Assembly (NCBI GenBank): GCA_951406725.2
Contig: OX597815.1
Coordinates: 53,630,001-53,694,000 of the forward strand
Direction: 5' to 3'
Source: Octopus vulgaris
Taxonomy: Eukaryota
DNA: 64,000 bases
Under the pieces are notes generated by a model. The model searched no databases. It saw only the letters and a list, made by a program, of their open reading frames with translations, and had not been told where the DNA came from. A program made the translations under genes and the position numbers. Below are positions 1-14,380 of this stretch, in pieces. Numbering within the stretch: position 1 is the first letter of the stretch; each line of letters opens with the position of its first letter.

Positions 1-292
1 AGAGAAATTAGATAGCCTATTACTAATGTTAGCTATAAGGTTTTTAAACACTGTAGGGGTTATATACGTAGGAGAGTTTCTCGTTTCGCTTATAGTACGG
101 TTTACAAGAGCACAAGTTTAGATCTTGGGAAATATGTAAAAAAAAATCGACTTTTGACAGGTCAGTAGTAACAGTGATTTTGAGGCCTAATTGATTTAAT
201 TGAAACTATCGATGAGTTATATATATATATATATATATATATATCCATTTTAATTCTCATTTAAGTGCCAAATTCTCCTGAACATTAATATT

Positions 293-327
<35 letters not shown>

Positions 328-2089
328 ATGAAATACAAAATGGGACATGAACGCAAAACAACTGGACAACTAAGTAATACAAAAGGGAACATATATATAT
401 ATACAAGCATACATATGCTCAAACATGCTCTTATTATCCTCTCTTAATAAAATACTATATTTCGATGCAGGGGTGTAGGGCATTAAGCGGAATTTGAACG
501 CAAAGAGACAGAACTGAACTACGCGAGGATATTTTTCTTGTGATTTTTTTGTTTCATCTGTTCTGTATGTTTATAATATATAACATAAGTAGAAAACTAA
601 TAGAACGGAGGAATGGAACTGTAAATGAAACCCTTAAGTCGACCTCAGTGTTTTACAAGTACAAAAAAAGGACAATGAGTTCATTGGAACGATCCCCTCA
701 CACACAGTGTTTCTGCGTGCGTGTGTGGGCATACAGAAACACATAATATTTCTGCATGCCTGTGTGAGTATGTGTGTGTGTGCGTGCACATACGCACACA
801 CACACACGCACATATGTCCACGTGCGTATGTATGTGTGAACTTGCGTGTGTCTGTATATACAGTAGGAAGAAAAGAAACTTATAGTGCGAAAGAATGACA
901 AGGTGGTCGTTTGAATTGATGAAACGATCAAACAAATCTACTTGTGGAAGGAATGTAAAGAAGGAAAGAAAGAAACCAAGAGAAAGTTAGTCGACGGAAT
1001 GGTAGCGAATTTTCACCAAACAATTACTTCTTAAGAATATTATTGGATATCGAGAAAAATGTGAAAGGGAAAGAAAACAAGGACGTAAAAGAAATAAGCA
1101 TAGAAATTATTGAAGAAAAATCTTTTTCCTTCGATAAGAATAGATCTTGACGGAAAATTAATTAGTAATGTAATGCATTGAGTCCGGAATATAGTTAAAT
1201 GGATCTGGTGCCGCAGTTGGTGCAACCAGGCCTATCATTTCAACTTTTACAACTAACAAAAATAGCGAAGCTACAAGAGACTCCGTTTCTTTTCCTGTCC
1301 ATTCTATTTTCACTGGCAACGGACCAACTACCATGGATATAGCAACTTGTTTCAAGAAATACAACGAAGAAATGACGCTTATTGAAGTGTCTTTTCAGCT
1401 GACCGTCAGCGCTGAGATTCCTGCCATTATTGCCTTCAAACCGATATGTTTAGCGCTCTTTATCTCTCTAACCTTCCGCCTTTTTCTGTATTCCCCATTT
1501 CTCAACTTTCTTTATGCTGCCCCTTATACACACTTCCTTTCTTTTCTTTATTGCTTCATTGCATTCGAGCGCATCAGTTTAGATGAGATCATTATTCGGA
1601 AAAGTTATTTTCGTTTCCAGGTTTCCGCCGGGTACCCAGGCATAGAAAAACATATCAAAGCTTTGTCATCTCCGAGGTCGAATATCTTCCTCTTTTTCGA
1701 AACTGTTTGTTTGAGTAGACAGGTTTAATAAATAGAGTAAAATGAAATATGCACAACAGAAGAGTGTTCATCAGTGGAAAGTTTACGGAGAGTCAGAAGA
1801 CACTGATCTTGTTTCAAATCCCAGTGTGATTTATATTATTTGTAGATTTGAGTTTCACTTACACAACTGCGTTCCTCATAGTTGGGAAAATAAATTTTCT
1901 ACTTTGTACGACAGAATAAGCGATAACATATGCAGCAAAAATCATAATCTATTTCGAAAAGGACTGATAGAATAAGTACTAAGCTTACAAGAAAATAAGT
2001 CCTGGGGTCGATTTGTTCGACTAAAAGGTGGTGCTCTAGCATGCCGCAGCGACATGGCTGAAACAAGTAAAAGAATATACATATATATA

Positions 2090-2134
<45 letters not shown>

Positions 2135-2170
2135 ATCAAAATAAAATAAAAACATGATGCGAAGGATTCA

Positions 2171-2248
2171 GCGGTACATATGTTTCGGGCCTTTATTAGA
2201 CAGATTTATAACAATGCATAATGTATGTCTGTGGCCTTCTTCAGCCGC
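2171..2248 (-). ncRNA. Type I hammerhead ribozyme
   Basis: Minus strand reads GCGG-CUGAAGA-[AGGCC..AGACA..UGUCU..GGCCC]-GAAA-CAUAU-GUA/CCGC. Stem III is the palindrome ACAUAUGU; first stem II pair is an A-C mismatch. Confidence 0.85.
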
Positions 2249-4150
2249 GCACAACAGCTTCCACAAGGACATGTGTTACATCAAAAATTCTTGGTTGGGG
2301 ATGCAAATCCTCTCATTCGCGTACGACATAATGCGGCAGCAGCATAGAATTGAAGCGTCCATCTCTTTCTTCTCTCAATGTAGAATGAGGAAAATTGGAT
2401 GTTGAGGTAATGTAAATAAATAAATACATATATAGACGTGAAGATGGAGGGGCGAGAGTTCGGGACGAGGGATAAAAAATGTATAAAAAGTGTAAGTATA
2501 GAAAAATATAAAAATGTAGAGCATAAAGATATAAAGAGTTATAAGGAGATGTAAAGGGGGTATAAAGAATATAAAGAAATATAAAGAAATATAAATAAAT
2601 GTAAAGGCATAAGGTTATAAAGTAAAAATAGAAATAGAAATAAAAGTAAAAAAAACATGATAAAAACATGATAAAAATGTAAAAGAATGTAAAGATAAGG
2701 GATGTATAGAGGTTACGGACCAAGCATGGTGGTCAGGAGATTGATAAAATTTAGTTGTAGAATTGTCAGTAAATCAACAGTTTCGTCTGGGGACCTAATG
2801 TGTTGTAAATCAGAGCTGATGAGCATTTAATCTGGTTCCTTGAATTAAATGGACTTCTAGTACATACATATCATCATGGATACATACACCCACATACACG
2901 CGTACATATACGCCTCCAAGCCTATAAGCATACACACGCACTCGCGTGTAAACATGTACATAAACTCACACGCACCCACACGCACGCGCGTACACATACA
3001 TACATACAACAGAATATCCGCATGTATACACGGACACTATACGCGTACACACTCACATGTACATACGCGCGCCCATCCCTACATACACACACGTATATGC
3101 CCACGCCTCTAGGTCTAGATATAAGATATTAAGGGATGTATATAAGAACGTATGTAAAAAATCACGTACTCATGTCTATACGTGCACGCACACACGGCTG
3201 TGTGTCCGTATGTGCGTGCACATATACACTCATATACACACACAGAGACACACGCGCATATGGGTATAGCTATAAGATATCGAAATATGTATGTACATAT
3301 ATGCGCGCGCATATGTATGTATGCGTATACACACGTACGCGGACGATCGTATAGTCAAAAAGTGGATCCATAGGTAAGTAAATAAACATATATAGAGGTG
3401 TAAAGCGATAAGTTAGGGGTAAGAATGAGGGTAAGGGTAAAAATTAGAAATAAAAAATACAGTATAAAATAAGAAATACAATGTAATAGTTAGAAATGAA
3501 ATATAAGAATTATAAAAATTATAAGAGTTAAGGTAAGGGATGAAAATAAAAATGAGAATAAATGGAAGTAGAATAAAAGTAAAAATAAAAATAAATGGAA
3601 GTAGGATAAAAGTAAAAATAAAAGTAAAAATAAAAATAAAATAAAATAAGATAAAAATATAATTTGGTAAAGTTTAACATGAGATGAAGGTGGTTGAAAG
3701 TTAGAGGTGTGTGTTAAACGTAGGGGCGGGCGGGGGGAACTGAAAATTGGAAGGGTGGGAAGTGGAGTTTGGCGGTGTGCGTTCAACATCCGAGTTAGAA
3801 ATGTGAAAGGGTATAGATATAGGGAATTGAAGAGACTATATAGGGAGGATATGGGTGTAGGAGAAGAAATATTTAGGGAAAAGAAGTCATATATGGGAGA
3901 CAAAATTTGTATATATAGGAGGAAAATGCAGGGAACCGTATATGCACATACACACACCCACACACACACACACACACACACATGTATGTATATATATATA
4001 TATATGTACACATACGTACACGTATGTGCACATACATATACATACACACTCACATACGCATATACACGCACATATAGGAAAGCGGGATGTGCTGGAGCCG
4101 ACAGGTTGCACCGGGTGGGAGGAAATTGCATGGGGGAGTTGGTATAAGAC

Positions 4151-4312
4151 CTAAGCTTTGTAGTATTTGAAAGTATTAATAAGTTTGTGTATACAGGATG
4201 GTTTGAACTCTGACCTTTTGTTAATAAGATTGTGTTTGTCTTTGAATTTCAAGATGTTCAGGAGTTCTACACAACATAGTTGGCATCCTGCTCTATTATT
4301 TAAATAAGGTGC
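4151..4312 (-). pseudogene. C-terminal fragment of Penelope GIY-YIG endonuclease
   Basis: Translates [53 protein letters not shown], which aligns by eye with KPYKNSRVDCQLCSME...LNSRIELGKSCIH near 62217-62380. Confidence 0.85.
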
Positions 4313-4429
4313 ACCGCTGAATCCTTCGCATCATGTTTTTATTTTATTTTGATCAATTTACTCCACCACCTACACCACCAAACGGTATACACAGGTGCTT
4401 ATAATTATCAAGTACTCACCCCGAATGTC

Positions 4430-4556
<127 letters not shown>

Positions 4557-4565
4557 ATATATATG

Positions 4566-4645
<80 letters not shown>

Positions 4646-4646
<1 letters not shown>

Positions 4647-5089
4647 TCTTTTACTCTTTTTACTTGTTTCAGTCATTTGACTGCGGCCATGCTGGACCAC
4701 CGCATTTAGTCCAGCAAATCGACCTCAGGACTTATTCTTTTGAAGCCTGATACTTATTCTATCGCTCCCTTTTCTCGAACCGCTAAGTTACAGGGACGTA
4801 AACACACCACCATCGGCTGTCAAGCGATGTTGGGGAGACAAACACAGACACACAAACATATACACACACATACGTACATACATACACACACACACACACG
4901 CACACACACACAAACACATATATACATATATATGGTGGGCTTCTTTCAGTTTCCGTCTACCAAATCCACTCACATGGCTTTGGTCGGTCCGAGACTATAG
5001 TGGAGGACAGTTGCCCAAGGTGCCACGCACTGGGAATGAAACCAGAACCATGTGGTTGGTAAGCAAGCTACTTACTACGCAGCCATTCC
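4646..5089 (-). mobile_element. tRNA-derived SINE, family A (octopus-type), near full length
   Basis: Reverse complement matches copies at 45046 and 52146: A/B-box head, internal TG tract, GAAACAAGTAAAAGAG tail. Confidence 0.9.
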
Positions 5090-5413
5090 AATTTAAAATC
5101 GAAAGGCACAAGTACAATCGTCATTAAAGTAACTAAAGGTGCAAGTCAGCACCAGCTTTGCTAGAAATAAGAGTCAAAACAACTTTTAGCCACATACCGA
5201 GCACTATTTAATGACTGACGAGGGAGATAACCTCCCTATAGCAAGGAAAAGCTTTCAGATCACTGGAGATTTCGGTCGAGTTAATTCTCATCGGTGACTA
5301 CACTGTATGCGTATGTGTGTGTGTTTCCTCCCCACTACCGATTGACAACCAGTGCTGGTTTGCTTACGACCCCGTAGATTACATGTTCGGCAATAAGAGA
5401 CTGATATAATAAA

Positions 5414-6044
5414 GGCGGCGAGCTGGCAGAAACGTTAGCACGCCGGGCGAAATGCTTTGAGGTATTTCGTCTACCGTTACGTTCTGAGTTCAAATTCCGC
5501 CGAGGTCGACTTTGCCTTTCATCCTTTCGGGGTCGATTAGATAAGTACCAGTTACGCACTGGGGTCGATGTAATCGACTTAATCCGTTTGTCTGTCCTTG
5601 TTTGTCCTCTCAGTGTTTAGCCCCTTGTGGGTAGTAAAGAAACAGGTATTTCGTTTGTTTTAAGGCGGTGAGCTGGTAGAAACATTAGCACGCCGGGCGA
5701 AATGCTTAGCGGTATTTCGTCTGCTGCTACGTTCTGAGTTCGAATTCCGCCGAGGTCAACTTTGCCTTTCATCCTTTCGGGGTCGATTAGATAAGTACCA
5801 GCTACGCACTGGGGTTGATGTAATCGACTTAATCCGTTTGTCTGTCCTTGTTTGTCCTCTCTGTGTTTAGCCCCCTGTGGGTAGTAAAGAAATGGGTATA
5901 CTCATGTTCTGAGTTCAAATTCCACCGAGGTCGGCTTTGCCTTTCAACCTTTCGGGGTCGATAAATTGAGTACCAGTAGCGTACTGGGGTCGACCTAATC
6001 GACTGGCCCCTTCTCCAAGGGCTTCGTGCCTAGAGTAGAAAAGT
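5414..6044 (+). mobile_element. tRNA-like SINE, family B, trimeric copy inserted into a family A tail
   Basis: Three tandem units carrying GAGTTC(A/G)AATTCC; flanked by a 21-nt direct repeat (5393-5413 / 6045-6065, 1 mismatch). Confidence 0.88.
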
Positions 6045-6306
6045 ATAAGAGACTGACATAATAAATATCAGGTTTAAAAATATAAGTACTAAGGTTGATT
6101 CATTCGACTAAAAGTTCTTCAAGGCGATGCCCCAGCATGGTCGCAGTCTAATGAATGAAACACATAAAAGAAAAAAATATCAATACCAATAATTTGAGGC
6201 CCCTCATTCAAACAAATGTATTTGGCATGTTGTATATCCTCATTACTTCTTTATAATTTGCAAATTTCTACTTCAATAGCAACAATCCTAAGACGCAAAC
6301 AATATT

Positions 6307-6359
<53 letters not shown>

Positions 6360-6563
6360 AAGAGAGACTGACAGATAGACAGACAGAGACTGGTGAGACG
6401 TAGAAAATTATTCTTTCTTAGATTGTTTTAGATATATTCAAGCTGAAATAGTAAGTTCGTTTATTTCTGCTGGTGCATTCGATGGGTTTATGAATGAGAA
6501 CAACAGACAACTAATCAGCTTAATAATAACGTTTAGATGCTGACAAATAATATTGCATATAAT

Positions 6564-6961
6564 CTTTTCTACTCTAAACACAAGGCTCGAAATTTTAGGG
6601 GAGTGGGGGACCAGTCGTTTAAATCGACCCCAGTGCGTAACTGGTACTTAATTTATCGACCCCGAAAGGATGAAACGCAAAGTCGACCTCGGCGGAATTT
6701 GAACTCAACGTAACGGAAGACGAAATACCTATTTCTTTACTACCCACAAGGGGCTAAACACAGAGGGGACTAACAAGGACAGACAAACGGATTAAGTCGA
6801 TTATATCGACCCCAGTGCGCAACTGGTACATATCTAATCGACCCCGAAATGATGAAAGGCAAAGTTGACCTCGGCGAAATTTGAACTCAGAACGTAACGG
6901 CAGACGAAATGCCGCTAAGCATTTCGCCCGGCGTGCTAACATTTCTTCCAGCTCGCCGCCT
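6564..6961 (-). mobile_element. SINE family B, dimeric copy
   Basis: Reverse complement of the 5414 units; 16-nt TSD taatattgcatataat / tagtattgtatataat. Confidence 0.88.
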
Positions 6962-8094
6962 TAGTATTGTATATAATTCAACCAGAGTAATCAATCAGAA
7001 AACCTTGAGAAAATTACAAAGTATTTTCTCGAAATCTTTTCATTTGCGGTAGTCTGATACTTTGTATTATCAACCTACATCGAACAGAGTTGACAAAAAG
7101 ATGTTTCCTAAAATTATAACTCAACTGCGAGAAGATTTAGAGGGCTCGACTGAGATTTGAAATATTATCTCAAAAAAAAAAAACAAAAAAAAACTGCATA
7201 AGAGTCTTTGTACAGAAACTGGCTCCAATTTTTAGTATCAAATAGCAGGATATTGATAGTACGATATCTACAGCAATATCCAGAAAAAAAACCGAAGGGT
7301 AATGTTTTCATTAAAAAGGAAATCAATTTGTTTTAATATACGATTGAGGAGTAAAACTGAGCGGAGTAACTCATCCTGCTATGAGTGAATACACACACAC
7401 ACACACACGCATACTTACATAATGTATATTTGTGTATGTATGTATATATATATATATATATACATATACACATATGTGTATATAATACACACACAGATGC
7501 ATAATAAGCATGCGCGCTTATGTATGTTTATGTGAAGGGAAAGAAAAATGGCGGTATTTAAAAACATTTAAATTTATTCTTATCATCAACGCTGATTTGC
7601 ACCACAAAACGCAATTCTATTTCAATCTTTCAAATTTTTGCTTTTTGTTGTTGTTGTGTCTTCGCTTTCATTTCCATTGTATTCATTTTCATTTCTTGTA
7701 TCCATCATTTTACTTTTTATACTTGTTGTTTTACAAGTTATGTATTTTTTTATGTATGTAACCATGTATGTATGTATGTATGTATGTATGTATGTATGTA
7801 TGTATGTATGTATGTATGTATGTATGTATGTATGTATAAGCAGTTGATTGAGAAAGGATGCAGTAAAGTACGTGTGCGATTACTTGAACATGTATATGTA
7901 TATATACATACATACATACATATATATATATATATTTATATATATTCAATATAAACATACTTACAACCAAATCTATGCATGTATATATATATATATGTAT
8001 ATCTGTACATACATTCATTCATACCTAACGTATATTTACAAAGAAATATATACTAATATATCATTTTTGTATGTCTGTTTTTCTTCTCCTCTCT

Positions 8095-8182
<88 letters not shown>

Positions 8183-8298
8183 CATACATACATACATACA
8201 TAGGTAGATAGGTAGATAGATAGATAGATAGATAGATAGATATACAGATAGATAGATACATATAAGTATATGTAAGTTTACATACATGCATACATATC

Positions 8299-8345
<47 letters not shown>

Positions 8346-8414
8346 GGATATATATCTATATACGTATATAAGTATGTGTGTATATATCTATCTATCTATC
8401 TATCTATCTATATA

Positions 8415-8478
<64 letters not shown>

Positions 8479-8996
8479 CTTATATGCACATAAGTATATA
8501 TGTAAATTTATGTGGGTATACACGCGTGCAAACCAAAACACACTTACATACACACTCCCGCATATATACACATACATAAGTAGAGGTATATACACTTTTC
8601 TTTACATCTGATACATATAGCCAGATTAGTTTAACTTTGATAAAAGGTTATAGAGAGTGTTTTATCTACTGGTTGTTATTTTACTCACGTATCTTCAGCT
8701 GTACAACAATGACAAGACTATATCAGCCTAAAGAGTAAAGTTTTGATTTCTGCGACAAAAGCTGCAAGTTCTGTCTGGAATTATGGCTGAGGCATTTTAT
8801 CTTTGCTTACTTGTTAAACTTCAGTCTCAGTTAGTCGTGTTTTGGCCAGAAAGTTCCTCCCTGTTATTTACTTAAGGGGAAATCTACGAATATCAATCAG
8901 CTGATTGCAATATTCGATATATTTACTAGCCTACTTGTCTCCCTACAATAGTCGGTGTATGTGTGTATGTATGTATGTATGTATGTAAGTATATTT

Positions 8997-9150
8997 CCTG
9001 GGTAAGACTTTAAACTTCATTCGTTTATGGGGCCTTGGTACGGGAGTTCCATATTTTGAGAAGGTTGGAATCACCTCTTAGCCACTATTGTTCCAATGTC
9101 TTCACTGACCCGGGATAGTAGCATCTCTTAGGGTCCCAGCTATAGGCTAA
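8997..9150 (-). repeat. Old interspersed repeat (other copies near 21520-21660 + and 24078-24215 -)
   Basis: Shared degenerate layout CCCATAGATGGGACC...GGGTCAG...GGATGCAGTT...CCAGGAC; class not determined. Confidence 0.5.
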
Positions 9151-9858
9151 CTAGCATGTGAACCACTTGGAGTAAAGGACCCCCAGTTCTCGTTTAGAAC
9201 TTCCTTCTAAAAGAAGGTAAACTCGTATGAAGAAAACTAATGTGCAGTCGGTTTCCGGTCACCTCAACCTCTCTTGTGCAACTGTTTTATAGTTGCTTTC
9301 ACTGAAATCTGAGTTCAGCATAGGCTCAGGAATAAGGTGTGCAGGGGAGAGCAAGTGAACCCCACAAAGTTTTAAGGTGTCAATGAAAATGCTTGAACAA
9401 ACTAGGTTGAACCTGATTGTTCAATCATTATGCAAATTTCGTTCCTGCACTTATGAAGTTCAGTGTTGTGCAAAAGTTTACCCTCCCAAAAGAAATTCAC
9501 TAACATTGTAACATGCATTGCCTTGGTTTGGTATCTCTTCATCAACTCACAAAAGATGAAATGCAATTCGGCTTCGACGCGATTTCAGCACATATGCAGA
9601 GAATCGAAGCAAATAAGGCATACTGTCCGGCACATTAACGATTCTGGTCATTTGCTATTAGTTACGGTTGCTATGTCAAGTAGGTCGAACAACTTCATTG
9701 TTATTAAGCCTCAAAGTAGTTCTGAAGAAGTTACTCTGAATTTTTGTATGCAACGTGTCCTTGCTTTTTAAAAAACTACATTGTACAGGTTGAGTTGAGA
9801 TTTGGCTGCTGTTTCTAACAGTCCATGCAAATATACATTTATATGATACATGTGTTTG

Positions 9859-9893
<35 letters not shown>

Positions 9894-9937
9894 GTTTGTG
9901 TGTGTGTATACGCATATAATATATATAATCTATATCT

Positions 9938-10720
9938 GTACAGGGTGTTCGAGTTAAATTTGACGGTTTTCAAAAATATGAAAGAAAACAAAATATCCAC
10001 TCCAAAAATAAAAGTATTTTTGAAATATCAGCTACATTATAATCGGAAGATTATAGTTTAATCATAGTAGCCACTCCCAGCTTCCATCACGACCTCAAGA
10101 CGGCACCAAACCTGGCTCATGCGTTCCTCACTGTCTCCCTCGGAAGACCTTCGAACACCTCCATGATCTTGGCCATCAGCTCGGTCTTGATATTGCGGGA
10201 AGAACTGTTGGTGTCTTTCTCAACTGCATCCCACACATAGTAATCCATGGGATTACAATCAAGAAGATCAGGAGGTCAGAAATCGGATCTGGAAGAGCAG
10301 AAATTTTCCGACAACCACTTCCAGCAGCTTCACATAGCTGGTTGAATTGAGCCTTGGGACCTGTTCAAACATGTTTGTAGGGTGCTATGATGTTTCTCTC
10401 ACTGGACACACACCCAAGGAGGATAATAATTTGGAGAAACTTAATTTTCATGGTGTATGGGACATAACATGGATTGTGGACAAGCCACCCATTGTTCTGA
10501 GTGTTGTGCAACTAGTCCTGTTGGAAATATTTTTATCTGCGAATGAACAAATCATTCCCTGGTCAACAGGATGCCTCAACTTGTCCTGCAGCTTCTTTTC
10601 TTTCGTCAAGCGGTTCTCATTGTCCTTAGCTTGCAGAAGTTATCTCTTACACCTCATATACAACAGTCCTTGTGTTGCATTGGTGGACATGCAGTATAAC
10701 TTCTATATGAGTAGTCTACT
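9938..10720 (-). mobile_element. Degraded Tc1/mariner-superfamily transposon, maT (DD37D)-like
   Basis: Terminus TA-CAGGGTGTTC; minus-strand fragments RLTKEKKLQDKLRHP, HNTQNNGWL, GCVSSE and PPDLLDCNPMDYYVWDAVEK. Confidence 0.75.
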
Positions 10721-11589
10721 TTAGGTTCAGATATGGGAATATACTAATATTTTATTTTTTTCTAGGTGTAAATTAAAAGAAACTCTTAAGGTACTTATGC
10801 ATTTAAGGGAAATGTCTATCAACCAAACCCGGAAAGATCATACCTACAACAGATCTTACGTCCAGTGAGAAGTGAGTGAAAACCACAAAACTTTCCTGTG
10901 GCATTTTCTCTTGATGGGGTTGGAGCAGCATATAACTTAACTTATCCTTAAATGCGCTGCCATTCAGGTCCGAGTTATTATATCAGGCTGCAGAGTCGAA
11001 ATTCTCTTTGCTGGATGGCAGCTTGTAGATTCTTTTGCTTACCCCTCAAATCATGTTTCTGAACACTGACCGGACGACCGGAAGCTGTATTAAATTATAT
11101 CAGGCTCACGTTCGGTTTCCCTAAAAAAGTTTATAAGTTTAAGGTCACGTCAGGGAAATTAACCATTTTCAGGTTGGCTTCTATTGCAACCTTAAGCCGA
11201 AGAGTATAGATTATATCTTTCCAAAACCTATCGAAAAGCCCTTCGTTTTTGTTGGTATTGCCAACGCATCTTCTCTGAAGAACTTCTTATTTTGTAAATT
11301 CAAGGTGAAGTAGCTAATGAGGACACGTATATCAGTACTTACAAAAACCCAAATAGCTACAAGGGAACCTTTCAGGTCAGTTCGTTTGTAAGTGTGGTTA
11401 TTTTCCGACGTACAGGATAATGACTATATCTCCATTTCTATTTTATTGTTGGCCCTACCGAAGTCTAGTCACTTATGAAAAAAAAAAGTTCGATATAGAC
11501 AGGTATAAGTTCACCATACCTAATTGGGTAAGCGTTTCTCTACCTCTGCCACTAATGGGTTTTAGCCTATATAATGGTTTCAGATATTG

Positions 11590-11890
11590 ACACAAAGGGA
11601 AAAGGGACAAGTCAATTATATCGACCCCAGTGCTTAGCTGGTTTTTATCTTATCAGCATTGAAAGGATGAAAAACAAAGTCGCCTTTGGAGGAATTTGAA
11701 CACATAACGTAAAGACGGACGAAATGTCACTAAGCATTTTTCCCGGCGTGCTAATGATTCTGTCACCTCGCCGCCTCATTTTTGACCATATAATAATTAT
11801 TTCTACAAAAGGCACAAGGCCTCAAATTGAGGGGAGCGGACTGGTCGATTAACTCGACCCCAGTGTTTTACTGGTATTTAATTTATCGAA
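11590..11890 (-). mobile_element. Two degenerate SINE family B pieces
   Basis: GGAATTTGAAC, TCGACCCCAGTG and CTCGCCGCC motifs of the family. Confidence 0.75.
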
Positions 11891-11902
11891 CTCTTTCCTC
11901 AC

Positions 11903-12001
<99 letters not shown>

Positions 12002-12320
12002 CCCGCATTTTATAGTAGATTGTATACTGCCCAGAGTGTTTGTATATTGCATTTTCTTTATAGGTAAATATGTATAATTTTATGAAGAAAATACGTTAGA
12101 AATTAATCACCTCTGACGTTTTATAAAACAAAATTACATTTGTTTGCGCCTTTGTGTTTGGTATTTAATACAGGAGAGTACATAAAACAGTATTTTTCAT
12201 GTAATCTACCTTTATTCAACCCCTATATATATAGGGGCTGAATACACACACACACACACACACAAACACACATACACACACACACACGCGCACACACACA
12301 GATATATATATATATATATT

Positions 12321-12549
12321 GATAAAAATGGTAAGACAACAAAAGAATAAAAGCGACCTCGATATTATGTAAATAGAGGAATTTATTTGTAAATGTAATA
12401 TGTGACAATTATTCGGTAGTCATGATAAAACTCCGAGATTCGGATGCCGAGGTAGAAATCCACGCCGCTATCTCTTCAGTTATCTGGCCGATGGTCAGAT
12501 AAACTCGGTGTTTTATCATGGCTACCGAATAATTGTCACATATTACAAA
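12321..12549 (-). mobile_element. Small PLE-type foldback element with degenerate hammerhead
   Basis: 44-bp inverted arms 12394-12437 / 12504-12547; minus strand 12424-12484 reads GAUAA-CUGAAGA-stem-GAAU-CUCGGAG-UU/UUAUC; (TA)n flanks. Confidence 0.7.
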
Positions 12550-14169
12550 TATATATATATATAATTTTGATATAGTTTGGTCCAGTAATAAAATTACGAC
12601 ACTATTCAGTTTATTAATATCTAATTCATTTGCAGTTCCACCGATGATTTTCTGTTACAGTTACATGCAGATAGGCCAACTGAAGCAGTTTGAACATGTA
12701 CTCATGTGTATCTCTGATTATAGGTATTAAATCAGAAATTAACGAGTTATTCATTAGCATATTGTATCGTCGTTAGCTGTCCGTCGCAGGTCCGTCGTAG
12801 GCCTGTTCAGACTCGCATGTGGGCTACAAGGCCTGCTTTGATTTTCTGCGGGTGAAATTACTTTTGAAGTTCAGTTCAACCCGAATACAAGCATTTTGTG
12901 GTGTATTTGATGTTTCGTTTATTTACCTCTCTCAAATACGAGTCTCGTCTCGAACCAACAATCTTATGTTGGCACAATGGCTCATCATATATATCAAGGC
13001 TACTTAACTTTAAAGCCGTTTTTGCCTGATACACTAAGTAAAATAAGTGAAACGGTAGCAGTTGAGAATCGAAACCCGATGGTGAATTCTATGTGGAAGA
13101 AATTTGCTTCTTTCTTCTGTGAGCAGTCCCCGTACCCTGAGCTGCAAAATATATTTATCACTTTGAATGACTATAAGTTGTCAGGAGTTGAAAGTCGGAT
13201 AGCAGAATCCTCTTTCAGCTGCTTACTTTGTATGTTCCATTGCGCAACACACTTTGCTAAAAAACTGAGACGAATTTGTATTAATTAAAAACTGCAGAAA
13301 AAGAAAAATCTGCTTACTTTGTTCGTGTCTACTAATGATAACTTATTGACCTACTTTTTGCTCGCTTTCCCCAGGCTTCTCGACTCGTAGTCGCTGTTTA
13401 TATATCACATAAGGGCTTTGAACTAATCTTGTTAGCAATTTCCCCAGTAAGTTTATGTAAGTATGCATAAATGTATATGTGTATCTATGCAAGTGTGTGC
13501 AATATTGGTTTCACCCTTCAGCCTACTCCGTATATACTTTTGTCATATAAGTTATAAATATTTACTGACGTATTTCAACTAGCAGACACAATCCATATTT
13601 AGAGTATAGTTTGATTAAAACACCATGGCTCCATATTCTCGAATATATACATATTTGATAAATAATATAAAAGAATCTATCGCCCCTGCTCTCTGTCTCT
13701 GAGATACTCAGCTAGACAAATATATGTATTTTTATTCATATAATCATTAGATATAACCGCAAGGAAGTACGGGAACTGACAAAGACATAATAAACAATGA
13801 CATTTTAAAAGCAGTCATCAACCAAAGTTTTGAACAAAACTATTCAAACGTTGTCATACTTTGCGGCTCAATTTCCTTTCATTCTCAGTTTAATTCCGAA
13901 CACAAATCTGAGATAATATCAATAATTAAAAAAGGCAAAATAAATTAAAAAGTAAACTAGAATGAAAGAAATATTGACCATTATAGCTATGATACATTTT
14001 CTGGATTTGTTTCCATATGTGTTCTCGTTTATGTAGATTTTTTTTCATGTAGAAACCATAGTTTTCATGAAGTTAGAATTACAAACTTTTTTTCATAAAG
14101 AGAGACTACTACGTATTTTGGTGAGTTTTACTGGAAATCTTTAACAAGTTAATGACAGAGGATGAAAGT

Positions 14170-14380
14170 AAGTGGACTCGAGTTCGACGATTCATAGGGC
14201 TGATTATATGATTTCCATTGCGTACAAATGAACAAGGTCACAGCATTCCTCTGAATGGGACGTCGGTCCGTTACAGGGTTACTTACTTATAGCTGAGTGA
14301 ACTGGAATAATGTAAAATGATGTGTTTTGCTTAAGAACACAACGCACTACCCACTTCAGGAATCGAAACCATGGCCTCGC
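14170..14380 (-). mobile_element. Degenerate SINE, family D-type core
   Basis: Contains AGCTGAGTGAACTGGA and TGTTTTGCTTAAGAACACAACGC, similar to 19410-19460 and 37040-37095. Confidence 0.6.

Noticed and set aside
1195-1728. 178-codon open frame on the + strand in non-repetitive DNA
   Set aside because: No recognisable motif or splice support; needs a homology search.
2770-2850. CTGATGAG next to GTTTCGTC
   Set aside because: The two hammerhead half-cores are on opposite strands and cannot form one ribozyme.
10800-11560. Possible old LINE endonuclease remnant (KPFVFVGIANA)
   Set aside because: One weak motif; other AP-endonuclease motifs not recoverable.
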